A DNA stretch of 64,000 nucleotides, taken from the NCBI GenBank assembly GCA_035551695.1, contig DASZMU010000004.1, positions 24,668 through 88,667 of the forward strand. Direction: 5' to 3'. The notes under the pieces are model-generated. The model made no database searches. It worked only from the letters and a program-made list of their open reading frames with translations, and was not told where the DNA came from. Numbering within the stretch: the first letter of the stretch is position 1; each line of letters begins with the position of its first letter. Below, one piece after another: positions 41,208 to 49,998 of the stretch. Source of the DNA: Solirubrobacteraceae bacterium (GTDB taxonomy: Bacteria; Actinomycetota; Thermoleophilia; Solirubrobacterales; Solirubrobacteraceae). Made by a program: the position numbers and the translations under genes.

Positions 41208-42464
41208 ATGAGGGCCGCCCCCTCGCGTGGCATCCCTGAATCGGCCGGGTGGCTCCTGGCGGCCTCGGCGCTGCTGCGCCAGATTCGTGTCGGCAGCCTG
41301 ACGATCGTCGACGGCCAGCGCCGGCGGCGGTTCGGCGACGGCGTCCCGGCGGCGACGATCCACGTCCATGACCCGGGGTTCTGGCGGATGCTGATGCGCG
41401 GGTCACGCGGCCTCGCCGAGTCCTACGCTCGCGGCTGGTGGGAGTCGCCGGACCTCGTCGCCGTGATCCGCCTGGCCGCGCGCAACGCTGTTCTCATCGA
41501 TCGGGTGCGGGCGGCCACCGCGCCGCTCTGGACGCCCCACCAGCGGCTGAGAGCGCTGCGCCGCCGGCGCACCCGGCGGCGGAGCCGCCAGGACGTTGCC
41601 GCTCATTACGACCTCGGCAACCGCCTGTTCGAGCACATGCTCGATCCGACGATGATGTACTCGTGTGCCCTGTTCGAGCGGCCCGGGATGACGCTCGAGG
41701 AGGCGTCGGTCGCCAAGCTGGAACGTGTGTGTGCACGGCTTGAGCTCGGACCGGCCGATCACGTCCTGGAGATCGGCACCGGCTGGGGCGGCTTCGCCGT
41801 CCACGCCGCCGCCACCCGCGGCTGCCGGGTGACGACGACCACGATCTCCCGCGAGCAGCACGACTACGCGGTCGACAAGGTGCGGGGTGCCGGCCTGGAG
41901 CGCCAGGTGACGGTGCTCATGCGCGACTACCGCGACCTGCGAGGGACATACGACAAGCTTGTGTCGATCGAGATGATCGAGGCGGTCGGCTGGCAGCAGA
42001 TCGGCCGCTTCTTCGCTCGGTGCGCCGGCCTCCTCAGCACCCACGGCGCGATGCTGCTGCAGGCGATCACGATCGACGACCGCGCCTACCAGGTCGAGAA
42101 GGCCTCGCGGTCGTTCATCAAGGAGTACATCTTCCCCGGCGGGTGTCTGCCGTCGATGGAGGTGATCATGCGCCAGCTCGCCCGCCGCACCGACCTGCAG
42201 CCTGTCGGCCTCGAGGACATCACCGCCAGCTACGTCGAGACTCTCCGCCGGTGGCGCCACAACTTCACGGCCAACGGCCGCGCGCTCGAGCGCCTCGGCT
42301 ACGACGAGCGCTTCCAGCGGCTCTGGACGCTGTACCTCGCCTACTGCGAGGCGGGCTTTGCCGAGCGCCGCATCTGCGACGTGCAGCTCCTGCTGGCCAA
42401 GCCGCGGTGGGCGGCCAAGGCGGGTGCGGAGGTGCACAGCGCCGAGATCGCCGCCACGGGGTAG
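41208..42464 (+). CDS. Cyclopropane-fatty-acyl-phospholipid synthase family methyltransferase (UfaA1-like)
   Basis: HYDLGN, MMYSCA, LEIGTGWG, DYRD, SIEMIEAVG, YIFPGG, YLAYCEAGF; start uncertain. Confidence 0.9.
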   Translation: MRAAPSRGIPESAGWLLAASALLRQIRVGSLTIVDGQRRRRFGDGVPAATIHVHDPGFWRMLMRGSRGLAESYARGWWESPDLVAVIRLAARNAVLIDRVRAATAPLWTPHQRLRALRRRRTRRRSRQDVAAHYDLGNRLFEHMLDPTMMYSCALFERPGMTLEEASVAKLERVCARLELGPADHVLEIGTGWGGFAVHAAATRGCRVTTTTISREQHDYAVDKVRGAGLERQVTVLMRDYRDLRGTYDKLVSIEMIEAVGWQQIGRFFARCAGLLSTHGAMLLQAITIDDRAYQVEKASRSFIKEYIFPGGCLPSMEVIMRQLARRTDLQPVGLEDITASYVETLRRWRHNFTANGRALERLGYDERFQRLWTLYLAYCEAGFAERRICDVQLLLAKPRWAAKAGAEVHSAEIAATG

Positions 42465-42472
42465 CCCGGCCG

Positions 42473-42926
42473 CCGACCCGACCCGACCCGACCCGACGCG
42501 ACCCGAGCGGGGCGTTTCGTGGTCTGAGCCGCGGGCGAGCTCCTGCGACCCGGGCGAAACGGCATGGGCTTTGGAAGAGGGGAAGGGTGAGCGTGGTCGG
42601 CCGTCCGCCGGGCCGGGTGGGCATGCATGACGCGACAAATCTCAATCTGCCTGACAGATTTGGCACAGGACGCGGGCTCAGCCCTCATTTTGCGCACGAG
42701 GATCCGAGCGGCTCCTGATTTGGCGCATCCTGCACGCTGAAAACCGGTGCAACAAACCGAGAGGAGTGACAACGCCGTCACGGACGTAACAAAAGACGCC
42801 TCGACCCGGCGCAGCCGCCCATCCCACCCCCTTTTCCCAGCCCATGCCGTTTCGCCCGCGTCGCAGGAGCTCGCCCACCGCCCAGACCACCCACGCCCCG
42901 CTCGGGTCGGGTCGGATCGGGTCGGG
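42473..42926. mobile_element. ~450-bp non-coding palindromic element, copy 1 (MITE/REPIN-like)
   Basis: Long terminal inverted arms ending in (CCCGA)n/(TCGGG)n; alignable over its full length with 49547-49997. Confidence 0.7.
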
Positions 42927-42982
42927 GCGGGAGCCTGGGGGCTCAGTGGCGCTCAGCCGTCCTTCGCCTGGCGCCGTTCGGA

Positions 42983-43384
42983 TCAGTCCGGGCCGGGAAG
43001 TGGGTCGTCCCGGGGCGCCTCGGCCTCGATGACGCGCTGGGCGATGGCAAAGGCCGCGTTGGCCGCCGGCACGCCGGCGTAGATCGCGGTGTGGAGGAGG
43101 ACCTCGCCGATCTCGCCGGGGCTCAGCCCGTTGCGCAGGGCGCCGCGGACGTGCATCTCGATCTCGTTCTCACGGCCGAGCGCCGTCAGGACCGAGAGCG
43201 TGACCGCGCTGCGGGTGCGCCGGTCGAGCCCCTCGCGCGTCCAGACGCTCCCCCACGCATACCGCGTGAGGAACTCCTGGAACGCCGCCGTGAACTCGGT
43301 CGTGCGGTCGATCGCCCGGTCGACGTGGGCGTCGCCGAGCACGTCGCGGCGAACCTTCATCCCCGACTCGTACGGGTCGCTCAT
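42983..43384 (-). CDS. pcaC: 4-carboxymuconolactone decarboxylase
   Basis: RRDVLGDAHVD, FQEFLTRYAWG, EVLLHTAIYAGVPAAN. Confidence 0.93.
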   Translation of the reverse strand: MSDPYESGMKVRRDVLGDAHVDRAIDRTTEFTAAFQEFLTRYAWGSVWTREGLDRRTRSAVTLSVLTALGRENEIEMHVRGALRNGLSPGEIGEVLLHTAIYAGVPAANAAFAIAQRVIEAEAPRDDPLPGPD

Positions 43385-44157
43385 ATGGCTCTCTCCAGAT
43401 GCTCGCTGATCAGGCGGGTGATCTCGGCGGCACGCTCGACGCTGAGCAGGTGCGCCCCGGGGTCCAGCACGTCCAGCCGCGCCTGCGGGACGGCATCGGC
43501 GATCGCCTTGCTGTGCTCCGGAGGGGTGGCGGGATCCTGCGCGCCCACGACCACGAGGGTCGCCGCTGTGATCTGAGGCAGACCGTCGCGCTGGTCCATG
43601 GCGGCGATCGCCTCACAGCAGGCGGCGTAGCCTTCTGGCGCGATCGAGCCGATCATCTCCCGGTAGTGAGCGACGACCTCCGGCCGGCGCTCGGCGTAGG
43701 CCGGGGTGAACCAGCGGGCGACCACTGCGTCAGCGACCGCCGCCGGCGTGCCCGCGCGGCGGACCGTGGCGGCCCGCTCATGCCAGCCCTCGGCCGGGGG
43801 CAGGTACGCCGAGGTGGCGATCAGGATCAGCGCCCGCACCCGGTGCGGCGCATTGATGGCCAGCCACTGCCCCACCATCCCGCCGATCGAGACCCCGGCG
43901 CAGGAGATGGACTCGAGCCCCAACCGGTCCATCAGCGCCAACACGTCCTGCCCCAGGTCGTCGATCGAGTACGGTCCTGGCGGCGCCGGAGACTCACCGT
44001 GGCCGCGCAGGTCGACACGGATGACGCGGTGGTCGTGAGCGAGCACGGGAAGCTGTGGGTCCCACATCCTCAGCGTTGCTCCGAGCGAGCCGGCCAACAG
44101 CAGCGGGTGACCGTCCTCCGGGCCGTCGATGGCGTGGTTCAGCTGCACGGTGCTCAT
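43381..44157 (-). CDS. pcaD: 3-oxoadipate enol-lactonase
   Basis: SLGATLRMWDPQ, DLRGHG, GVSIGG, EGYAACC, DPATPP. Confidence 0.9.
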   Translation of the reverse strand: MSTVQLNHAIDGPEDGHPLLLAGSLGATLRMWDPQLPVLAHDHRVIRVDLRGHGESPAPPGPYSIDDLGQDVLALMDRLGLESISCAGVSIGGMVGQWLAINAPHRVRALILIATSAYLPPAEGWHERAATVRRAGTPAAVADAVVARWFTPAYAERRPEVVAHYREMIGSIAPEGYAACCEAIAAMDQRDGLPQITAATLVVVGAQDPATPPEHSKAIADAVPQARLDVLDPGAHLLSVERAAEITRLISEHLERAI

Positions 44158-45329
44158 CGCTCCTCCTCGCTCTTGCTCATCGTCCAGTGTGCCGCCAGCG
44201 CCCGCTCCACCAGCTCCTCGGCCCCGTCCGGACGCGGCGCCTGGGCAGCCGGAGAGGTGGCCAGATTCACCCGCATCCGGTCCGGGTCGATCTGCAGCTG
44301 CTCCAGCAGCTTGCGGGCCCACGCCGCGGCCGAGGCGGTCAGCCTCAGCAGGTCGGTGTGGATGCCCCACTCCGCCTGCCACCCCCCGGCGGCCCGCTCA
44401 TGCTCCTGCTCCATGCAGGCCAGCGCCCCCGCGACGAGTCCGGGCGTCCGCTTGACGCAGGCGAGGACCGAGACCGCGGCGACCGGGTTGCGCTTGTGAG
44501 CGATCGCGCTCGAGCCGCCCTCGGGGTGAGCGGGGTCCGAATCCCCACCCTCTCGTGCCTCGCCGACCTCCTGCTGGGCCAGGAGCGTGACGTCGCGTGC
44601 GATCTTGCCGAGGACCCCGGCCATCGCACCGAGCGCCGCGGCGAGCGCGACCGGCCGAAGCCGGATCGCCTGCCACGGCAGCACCGGCTCGGCCAGCTCC
44701 AGGTCAGCGGCCACGCGCGCTGCGATCGCCGGCCCGCGCGCGCCCACCGCGCCACCCATCTGGACCGCCAGCTCATGATCTCTGACGTGGCGCAGTCGCC
44801 CGCGGCCCTCATCGAGCGCGACGAGCCAGCCCGCGGCGCGCAGGCCAAATGTCGCCGGCAGCGCCTGCTGCAGCAGCGTCCGGCCGATCATCGGCGAGGC
44901 GCGGTGCGCTGCCGCCAGGCGCGCCGTCGCGTCCGCCGCCCGGCGGAGGTCGTCGAGCAGCGGCTCGAGCGCGCGCCGGGCGATGAGCATCAGCGCCGTG
45001 TCCACCACGTCCTGGCTGGTGGCACCGACGTGCACGTACGTGCACGCGGTCTCCGGTACGGCGACTCGCAGCGCTGCCACCAGTCCCACAACCGGAGTCG
45101 CGTGCCGGGCCGTCTCGCGTCCCAGTTCCTCGATGTCGAAGCCGGCTGCTCGGCACGCGGCGACAATCGACCGCGCCGCCCCCGGCGGAATCAGACCCTC
45201 GGCGGCGTTGGCCCGGGCCAGCGCCGCCTCGACATCGAGCATCGCCTGCACCCAGGCGCGGTCGCTCAGCTGCGCGGCCGCCTCGCCGCGGCCGTAGATG
45301 CCATCGAACAGCCCGAAGTCAGACGGCAA
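44154..45329 (-). CDS. pcaB: 3-carboxy-cis,cis-muconate cycloisomerase
   Basis: HVGATSQD, GRTLLQQA, GGSSAIAHKRNP, QEHERAAGGWQAEW. Confidence 0.9.
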   Translation of the reverse strand: MPSDFGLFDGIYGRGEAAAQLSDRAWVQAMLDVEAALARANAAEGLIPPGAARSIVAACRAAGFDIEELGRETARHATPVVGLVAALRVAVPETACTYVHVGATSQDVVDTALMLIARRALEPLLDDLRRAADATARLAAAHRASPMIGRTLLQQALPATFGLRAAGWLVALDEGRGRLRHVRDHELAVQMGGAVGARGPAIAARVAADLELAEPVLPWQAIRLRPVALAAALGAMAGVLGKIARDVTLLAQQEVGEAREGGDSDPAHPEGGSSAIAHKRNPVAAVSVLACVKRTPGLVAGALACMEQEHERAAGGWQAEWGIHTDLLRLTASAAAWARKLLEQLQIDPDRMRVNLATSPAAQAPRPDGAEELVERALAAHWTMSKSEEER

Positions 45330-45882
45330 AGAAGATCGTCTCGCCCGGTCCTTGGAGGCGAATGTCGAAGCGGTAGCCGCCGTGCGCCGGGATCGCGATC
45401 AGCGTCTCGCGGCGCTCGGCGGGAACACGCGCGAGCACCGGGTCCTCGGCGTTGGCCTGCTCCTCGTCGCCGAAGTAGATCCGCGTGACGACACGGTGCA
45501 GCATGCCCCGCGCGAACAGGCTCACGTCGATGTGCGGCGCCTGCAGGACGCCCCCCGGCTCCTTCACCCGGCCGGGCTTGACGGTGACGATCTCGAACGT
45601 GCCGTCGCCATCCTCCACGCCATACCGGGCAAAGCCGCGAAAGCCCTCCATCTCCGAGGCACCCCCGTGGCCGTGCATGTCGGCGAAGCGTCCGTCCGGG
45701 CCCGGCTGCCAGGTCTCGATCAGGTGGTCCGGGACGGGCGCCCCCGCCCCGTCGTAGACGGTGCCGCTGATCGTGAACGCGCCGGGGGCGCCGTCGGCGA
45801 CGGCATGGGGTCCCTCCGGCCAGGGGAGGCCGATCGCGAAGTACGGCCCCACCGTCTGAGATGGGGTCGTCGCGAAGATCAC
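45319..45882 (-). CDS. pcaG: Protocatechuate 3,4-dioxygenase alpha subunit
   Basis: TPSQTVGPY, TVKPG, APHI..FARG, FDIRLQG. Confidence 0.93.
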   Translation of the reverse strand: MIFATTPSQTVGPYFAIGLPWPEGPHAVADGAPGAFTISGTVYDGAGAPVPDHLIETWQPGPDGRFADMHGHGGASEMEGFRGFARYGVEDGDGTFEIVTVKPGRVKEPGGVLQAPHIDVSLFARGMLHRVVTRIYFGDEEQANAEDPVLARVPAERRETLIAIPAHGGYRFDIRLQGPGETIFFAV

Positions 45883-46640
45883 AGCGCCTCCTCGAACGGG
45901 GTCGCCGCCGGCCCCCGCAGGTAGATGTCGAACTCGTATGCCTGCGCCCAATTCGGCTCCGTGCCGTGGATCGAGAAGCGGGAGACCATCCGTTCGCGCG
46001 CCCGCTCGTCCCGGACCGAGTTGAAGATGGGGTCATACGGGAAGAAGGGGTCGTGAGGGAAGTACATCTGGGTCACCAGCCGCTGGGTGAAGGCGCGCCC
46101 CATGAGCGAGAAGTGGATGTGGGCCGGGCGCCACGCGTTGTAGTGGTTGCCCCAGGGGTAGGGCCCGGGCTTGATGGTGAGAAACCGGTAGCGCCCCTCG
46201 CCGTCGGTGACGCAACGCCCCGCTCCGGAGAAGTTGGGATCCAACGGCGCCGGCCAGTTGTCTAAACGGTGGAGATAGCGCCCGGCGGCGTTCGCCTGCC
46301 ACACCTCCACCAGCGTGTTGCGCAGCGGCTTGCCCTCGGTGTCGAAGACGCGTCCGGAGACGGTGATCCGCTCGCCGATCGGCTCCCCCTCGTGCTGCCT
46401 CGTCAGGTCGGCGTCATCCGGCGACACGCGTTCGTCGCCCAGCGCCGGTCCGGTGATCTCGGTGATCGTCTGCGGCAGGTAGACGAGTGGCTGCTCAGGG
46501 TGGCGCAGCGACGTGGACTTGTACGGAGGGTAATCGAGCGGCGGGTGGGCGTCTGCCGGCTCACGCAGGTAGTTCCCCGGCGTGTCGACGACCGGCGCGT
46601 AGATCCGCTCTGTGGTCTCCTCGGCGCTCATCTGGCTCAT
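45879..46640 (-). CDS. pcaH: Protocatechuate 3,4-dioxygenase beta subunit
   Basis: WQANAAGRY, KPGPYPWGNH, WRPAHIHFS, TQMYF. Confidence 0.95.
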   Translation of the reverse strand: MSQMSAEETTERIYAPVVDTPGNYLREPADAHPPLDYPPYKSTSLRHPEQPLVYLPQTITEITGPALGDERVSPDDADLTRQHEGEPIGERITVSGRVFDTEGKPLRNTLVEVWQANAAGRYLHRLDNWPAPLDPNFSGAGRCVTDGEGRYRFLTIKPGPYPWGNHYNAWRPAHIHFSLMGRAFTQRLVTQMYFPHDPFFPYDPIFNSVRDERARERMVSRFSIHGTEPNWAQAYEFDIYLRGPAATPFEEAL

Positions 46641-46650
46641 CCCCTCGTTG

Positions 46651-47409
46651 TCATCGGCTCAGCAACTCACGCAGCGCCGACAGCTCCGCGGGGGTCGGCG
46701 GCGGGGTGCGCTGCGGCTCATCATCGACGTGGAGAGCCCAGCCGGTGGCCTCGCGCACGTCCTCCACCTCCACCCCCGGATGGACATGGGTCAGCGTGAG
46801 TTCGCGGCTGTCCGGATCCGGCTCCAGTACGCCCAGATCGGTCACCACGGCCGTCGGCCCGCGCCCGCGGAAGCCGAGGCGCTCGCGGTCGCCGGGGCCG
46901 TCGCCGTAGCCGACCGTGGTCCGGAAATCGAGTCGGTCGACGAACGTCCGTCTCGTGTGTGGGGCGATGACGACGACCTCCTGGCAGCACGCCGCGATCT
47001 CCGGAGCGCCGCCCGCCCCGGGCAGCCGCGTCTTCGGATGCTCGTAGTCACCGATCACCGTCGAGTTCAGGTTGCCGAACCGATCGACCTGGGCCGCTCC
47101 GAGGAACGCGACCTGCACCCGGCCAGGGCCGATCCAGTAGTTGAACATCTCCGGCACCGACACCACGGCATCGGCGGTCTCGGCGAGCTCGCCGTCCCCG
47201 ATCGAGAGGGGGATGTGAAACGGCTTCGCGCCGATCGTGCCGGACTCGTAGACGAGCACGAGCCGGGGGTTGTGGACCATGCGCGCCAGGATCGCGGCCG
47301 TGCTCGGACGCCCGACGCCGATGAACACCGACCGGACGTGCTCCAGGCGGCGGGCGGCGACGACGGTCTGCACCTCGCCGGACGTAGCTGGTTCGGTGGT
47401 CGTGGCCAT
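46651..47409 (-). CDS. pcaJ: 3-oxoadipate CoA-transferase subunit B (glutaconate CoA-transferase-like)
   Basis: YESG, FLGAAQVDRFGNLNST, RLPGAGGAPEIA. Confidence 0.85.
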   Translation of the reverse strand: MATTTEPATSGEVQTVVAARRLEHVRSVFIGVGRPSTAAILARMVHNPRLVLVYESGTIGAKPFHIPLSIGDGELAETADAVVSVPEMFNYWIGPGRVQVAFLGAAQVDRFGNLNSTVIGDYEHPKTRLPGAGGAPEIAACCQEVVVIAPHTRRTFVDRLDFRTTVGYGDGPGDRERLGFRGRGPTAVVTDLGVLEPDPDSRELTLTHVHPGVEVEDVREATGWALHVDDEPQRTPPPTPAELSALRELLSR

Positions 47410-48225
47410 CTAGGGCGCCTTTACCGTGTTGAGGACATGTGTCTGCATCCAGCTCTCGAAGTCGTCGCGGTCTCGGCTCAATTTGTCCCAGAAGCGATAG
47501 AAGTCGTTGTCGCGCGCGGTGATCCCGAGGCTGTACGAGGGCCTCGAGCCGCCCGGTGCGTGGGCCACGGCATCGATCACCCAGCTCGGGATGACGACGC
47601 CGCCCGGCTGCGGGGTCAGGGCCTCGACGATCCGCTCGACCGTGACGAGCGCGCGATCGGCGCTCAGCACCGCCTCCTTCTGCACGCCCGGGATGCCCCA
47701 CAGCTGCACGTTGCCCTCGCGGTCGGCCTCCTGTGCGTGAACGATCGCCACGTCCGGGCGCAGCGCCGGCACCGCCACCAGCTCCTCGCCGGTGAACGGG
47801 CACGTGATCGGCTCCACCCGGGTGACCGGCGCGAGGTCGGTCCCCACGTAGCCGCGCATCACGGCGAACGGGAGCCGCGCGGCTCCGGCGGCGTAGCGGT
47901 TGGCCATCCCGGCGTGGCTGTGCTCCTCCAGCTCGATCGGATGCGGCCACCCGTTCTCGACGGCGTCGCGGAAGCGGTGCAGCGAACCGACGCCCGGATT
48001 GCCGCCGTAGGAGAACACCAGCTTGTGCGCTGCCCCCATGCCGATCATCTGGTCATACAGGATGTCCGGCGTCATCCGGATCAGCTCCAGCTCACGGCGG
48101 CCCTGGCGCAGGATCTCGTGCCCGGCGGCGAACGGGATCAGGTGCGTGAACCCCTCGAGCGCGACCGAGTCACCGTCGTGGACGGTCCCGGCGATCCCCT
48201 CCTCGAGCGTGGTCAGCTCAGCCAT
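47410..48225 (-). CDS. pcaI: 3-oxoadipate CoA-transferase subunit A (glutaconate CoA-transferase-like)
   Basis: EGFTHLIPFAAGHEI, GNPGVGSLHRFRDAVE, EEHSH, CPFTGE. Confidence 0.85.
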   Translation of the reverse strand: MAELTTLEEGIAGTVHDGDSVALEGFTHLIPFAAGHEILRQGRRELELIRMTPDILYDQMIGMGAAHKLVFSYGGNPGVGSLHRFRDAVENGWPHPIELEEHSHAGMANRYAAGAARLPFAVMRGYVGTDLAPVTRVEPITCPFTGEELVAVPALRPDVAIVHAQEADREGNVQLWGIPGVQKEAVLSADRALVTVERIVEALTPQPGGVVIPSWVIDAVAHAPGGSRPSYSLGITARDNDFYRFWDKLSRDRDDFESWMQTHVLNTVKAP

Positions 48226-49435
48226 GCAGCACCGAGCCAATCCCCACGCGCCCGGCCCGGGCGAGCGGCAGCCCCACGTAGTTCTCAGCCAGCGACGTGG
48301 CGGCGGCGGCCGAGCTGGTGACGTACTCGAGCTGGGACCGCTGCAGCCGGCGGCCGTAGGCGTCGTCCTGAGGGTCGGAATGCATCATCGTGGTCATCCA
48401 CCACGAGAAATGCTGCGCGCGCCACACCCGCGCCAGGCACCGCTCGGAGTACTCGTCAAGCCCCGTCTCCGATCCCCTGCGCAGGTACTCGACGAGCACC
48501 TGCGCCAGCACCGTGACGTCGGCGATGGCGAGGTTGAGGCCCTTGGCGCCGGTGGGCGGGACGATGTGCGCCGCGTCGCCCGCGAGCAGCAGCGAGCGGT
48601 GGCGCATCGGCGCGGCGACGAAGCTCCGCATCGGCGTGATGGATCTCTCCAACACCGGACCCTCGGCGAGCGTCCAGCCGTCGCTGGCCAGCCGGGCGTG
48701 CAGCTCTTCCCAGATCCGCTCGTCAGACCAGTTGGCGATGTCCTCGTCCGGCTCAACCTGAAGGTAGAGGCGACTGAGCGTCGGCGACCGCATGCTGTGG
48801 AGGGCGAAGCCGCGCTCGCTGTAGGCGTAGATCAGCTCGCCGGTCGACGGCGCGACATCAGCGAGGATCCCCAGCCAGGCGTACGGATACTCGCGCTGCC
48901 AGACGTCGAGGTGGCCGTCGGGCATCGCTGCGCGGCAGATGCCGTGGAAGCCGTCGCAGCCGGCGATGATGTCGCAGCGCAGCTCGTGGCCGGAGCCGTC
49001 GTGGGTGTAGCGAACGACCGGCTCGTCGTGCTCGAGGCCGTCGACCGCCACGCCATCGCACTCGAACAGCAGCGGCGCGCCGCTCTCACTCCGCGCGCCG
49101 ATCAGGTCCTTGACCACCTCGGTCTGCCCGTAGATCATCACCGACCGCCCGTTGGTCAGCTCGTTGATCGGGATGTGGTGCAGGGTGTTGTCGAAGCACA
49201 GGTAGATGCCGCCGTGCAGCAGCCCCTCGCGGTCCATGCGCTCGCCCACGCCCGCCTCCCGCAACACGTCGACCGTCCCCTGCTCCAGCACCCCGGCTCG
49301 GATTCGCGCCTCGACGTACGACCGGCTGCGCGCCTCGAGGATCACCGCCTCGATGCCCTGGCGGTGAAGGAGCTGACCCAGCAGCAGACCGGCTGGCCCG
49401 GCTCCGATGATCGCGACCTGGGTTCGCTCCGCCAT
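48218..49435 (-). CDS. pobA: 4-hydroxybenzoate 3-monooxygenase
   Basis: GAGPAG, RIRAGVLE, YGQTEV, GCDGFHG, GDAAHIVPPTGAKGLN, AENYVGLP. Confidence 0.95.
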   Translation of the reverse strand: MAERTQVAIIGAGPAGLLLGQLLHRQGIEAVILEARSRSYVEARIRAGVLEQGTVDVLREAGVGERMDREGLLHGGIYLCFDNTLHHIPINELTNGRSVMIYGQTEVVKDLIGARSESGAPLLFECDGVAVDGLEHDEPVVRYTHDGSGHELRCDIIAGCDGFHGICRAAMPDGHLDVWQREYPYAWLGILADVAPSTGELIYAYSERGFALHSMRSPTLSRLYLQVEPDEDIANWSDERIWEELHARLASDGWTLAEGPVLERSITPMRSFVAAPMRHRSLLLAGDAAHIVPPTGAKGLNLAIADVTVLAQVLVEYLRRGSETGLDEYSERCLARVWRAQHFSWWMTTMMHSDPQDDAYGRRLQRSQLEYVTSSAAAATSLAENYVGLPLARAGRVGIGSVLHG

Positions 49436-49447
49436 CACTGCCTCCGG

Positions 49448-49492
49448 ACTATAAGGGGTGCGCATTGCGCCCGAATGCTCGCAGTGCGAACA
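49448..49492 (-). promoter_or_regulatory. pobA promoter with two IclR (PcaR/PobR)-type boxes
   Basis: -10 TATAGT (49453-49448); palindromes GTGCGC-ATT-GCGCCC 49458-49472 and TGCTCGC-AGT-GCGAACA 49476-49492. Confidence 0.6.
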
Positions 49493-49546
49493 CGGCGGCC
49501 CCCGGATGAGGGGTGCCCCTGGGGCCGGGCCGGCAGACCCGAGCGG

Positions 49547-49997
49547 CCCGGCCTGACCCAACCCGACCCGAGCGGGGCGTTGGTGGTCTGGGCCGTGGGC
49601 GAGCGCAGGTGACCCGGGCGAAACGGCATGGGCTTTGGAACAGGGGAAGGGCGAGCGTGGTCGGCCGTCCGCGGGGCCGGGCGGGCATGGATGACGCGAC
49701 AAACCTCAACCTGCCCGGAAGATTTGGCACCGGACGCAGGCTCAGCCCTCATTTTGCGCACGAGGATCCGAGGGATTCCTGATTTTGGCGCACGGCGCAC
49801 GCTGAAAACCGGTGCAACAACCCGGAGGGTGACCAAACCGTCACGGACGTCACGAAAGAAGCTCAAACCCGGCGCAGCCGCCCGCCCCACCCCCTTTCCC
49901 AAGCTCATGCCTGTCTCGCCCGGGTCACCTGTGCTCGCCCACGGCTCAGACCACGAAACGCCCCGCTCGGGTCGGGCCGGGCCGGGCCGGGCCGGGG
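49547..49997. mobile_element. ~450-bp non-coding palindromic element, copy 2
   Basis: Same core and orientation as 42473-42926; arms end in CCCGA/CCGGG pentamer runs. Confidence 0.7.
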
Positions 49998-49998
49998 C

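Noticed and set aside
42473-42506. (CCCGA)n pentamer runs as a CRISPR array
   Set aside because: No spacers and no cas genes; they are element termini
42265-43082. ORFs across the repeat element, and the long pobA N-terminal extension to 49702
   Set aside because: Frames and stops are not conserved between the two copies; pobA has its own -10, RBS and ATG at 49435
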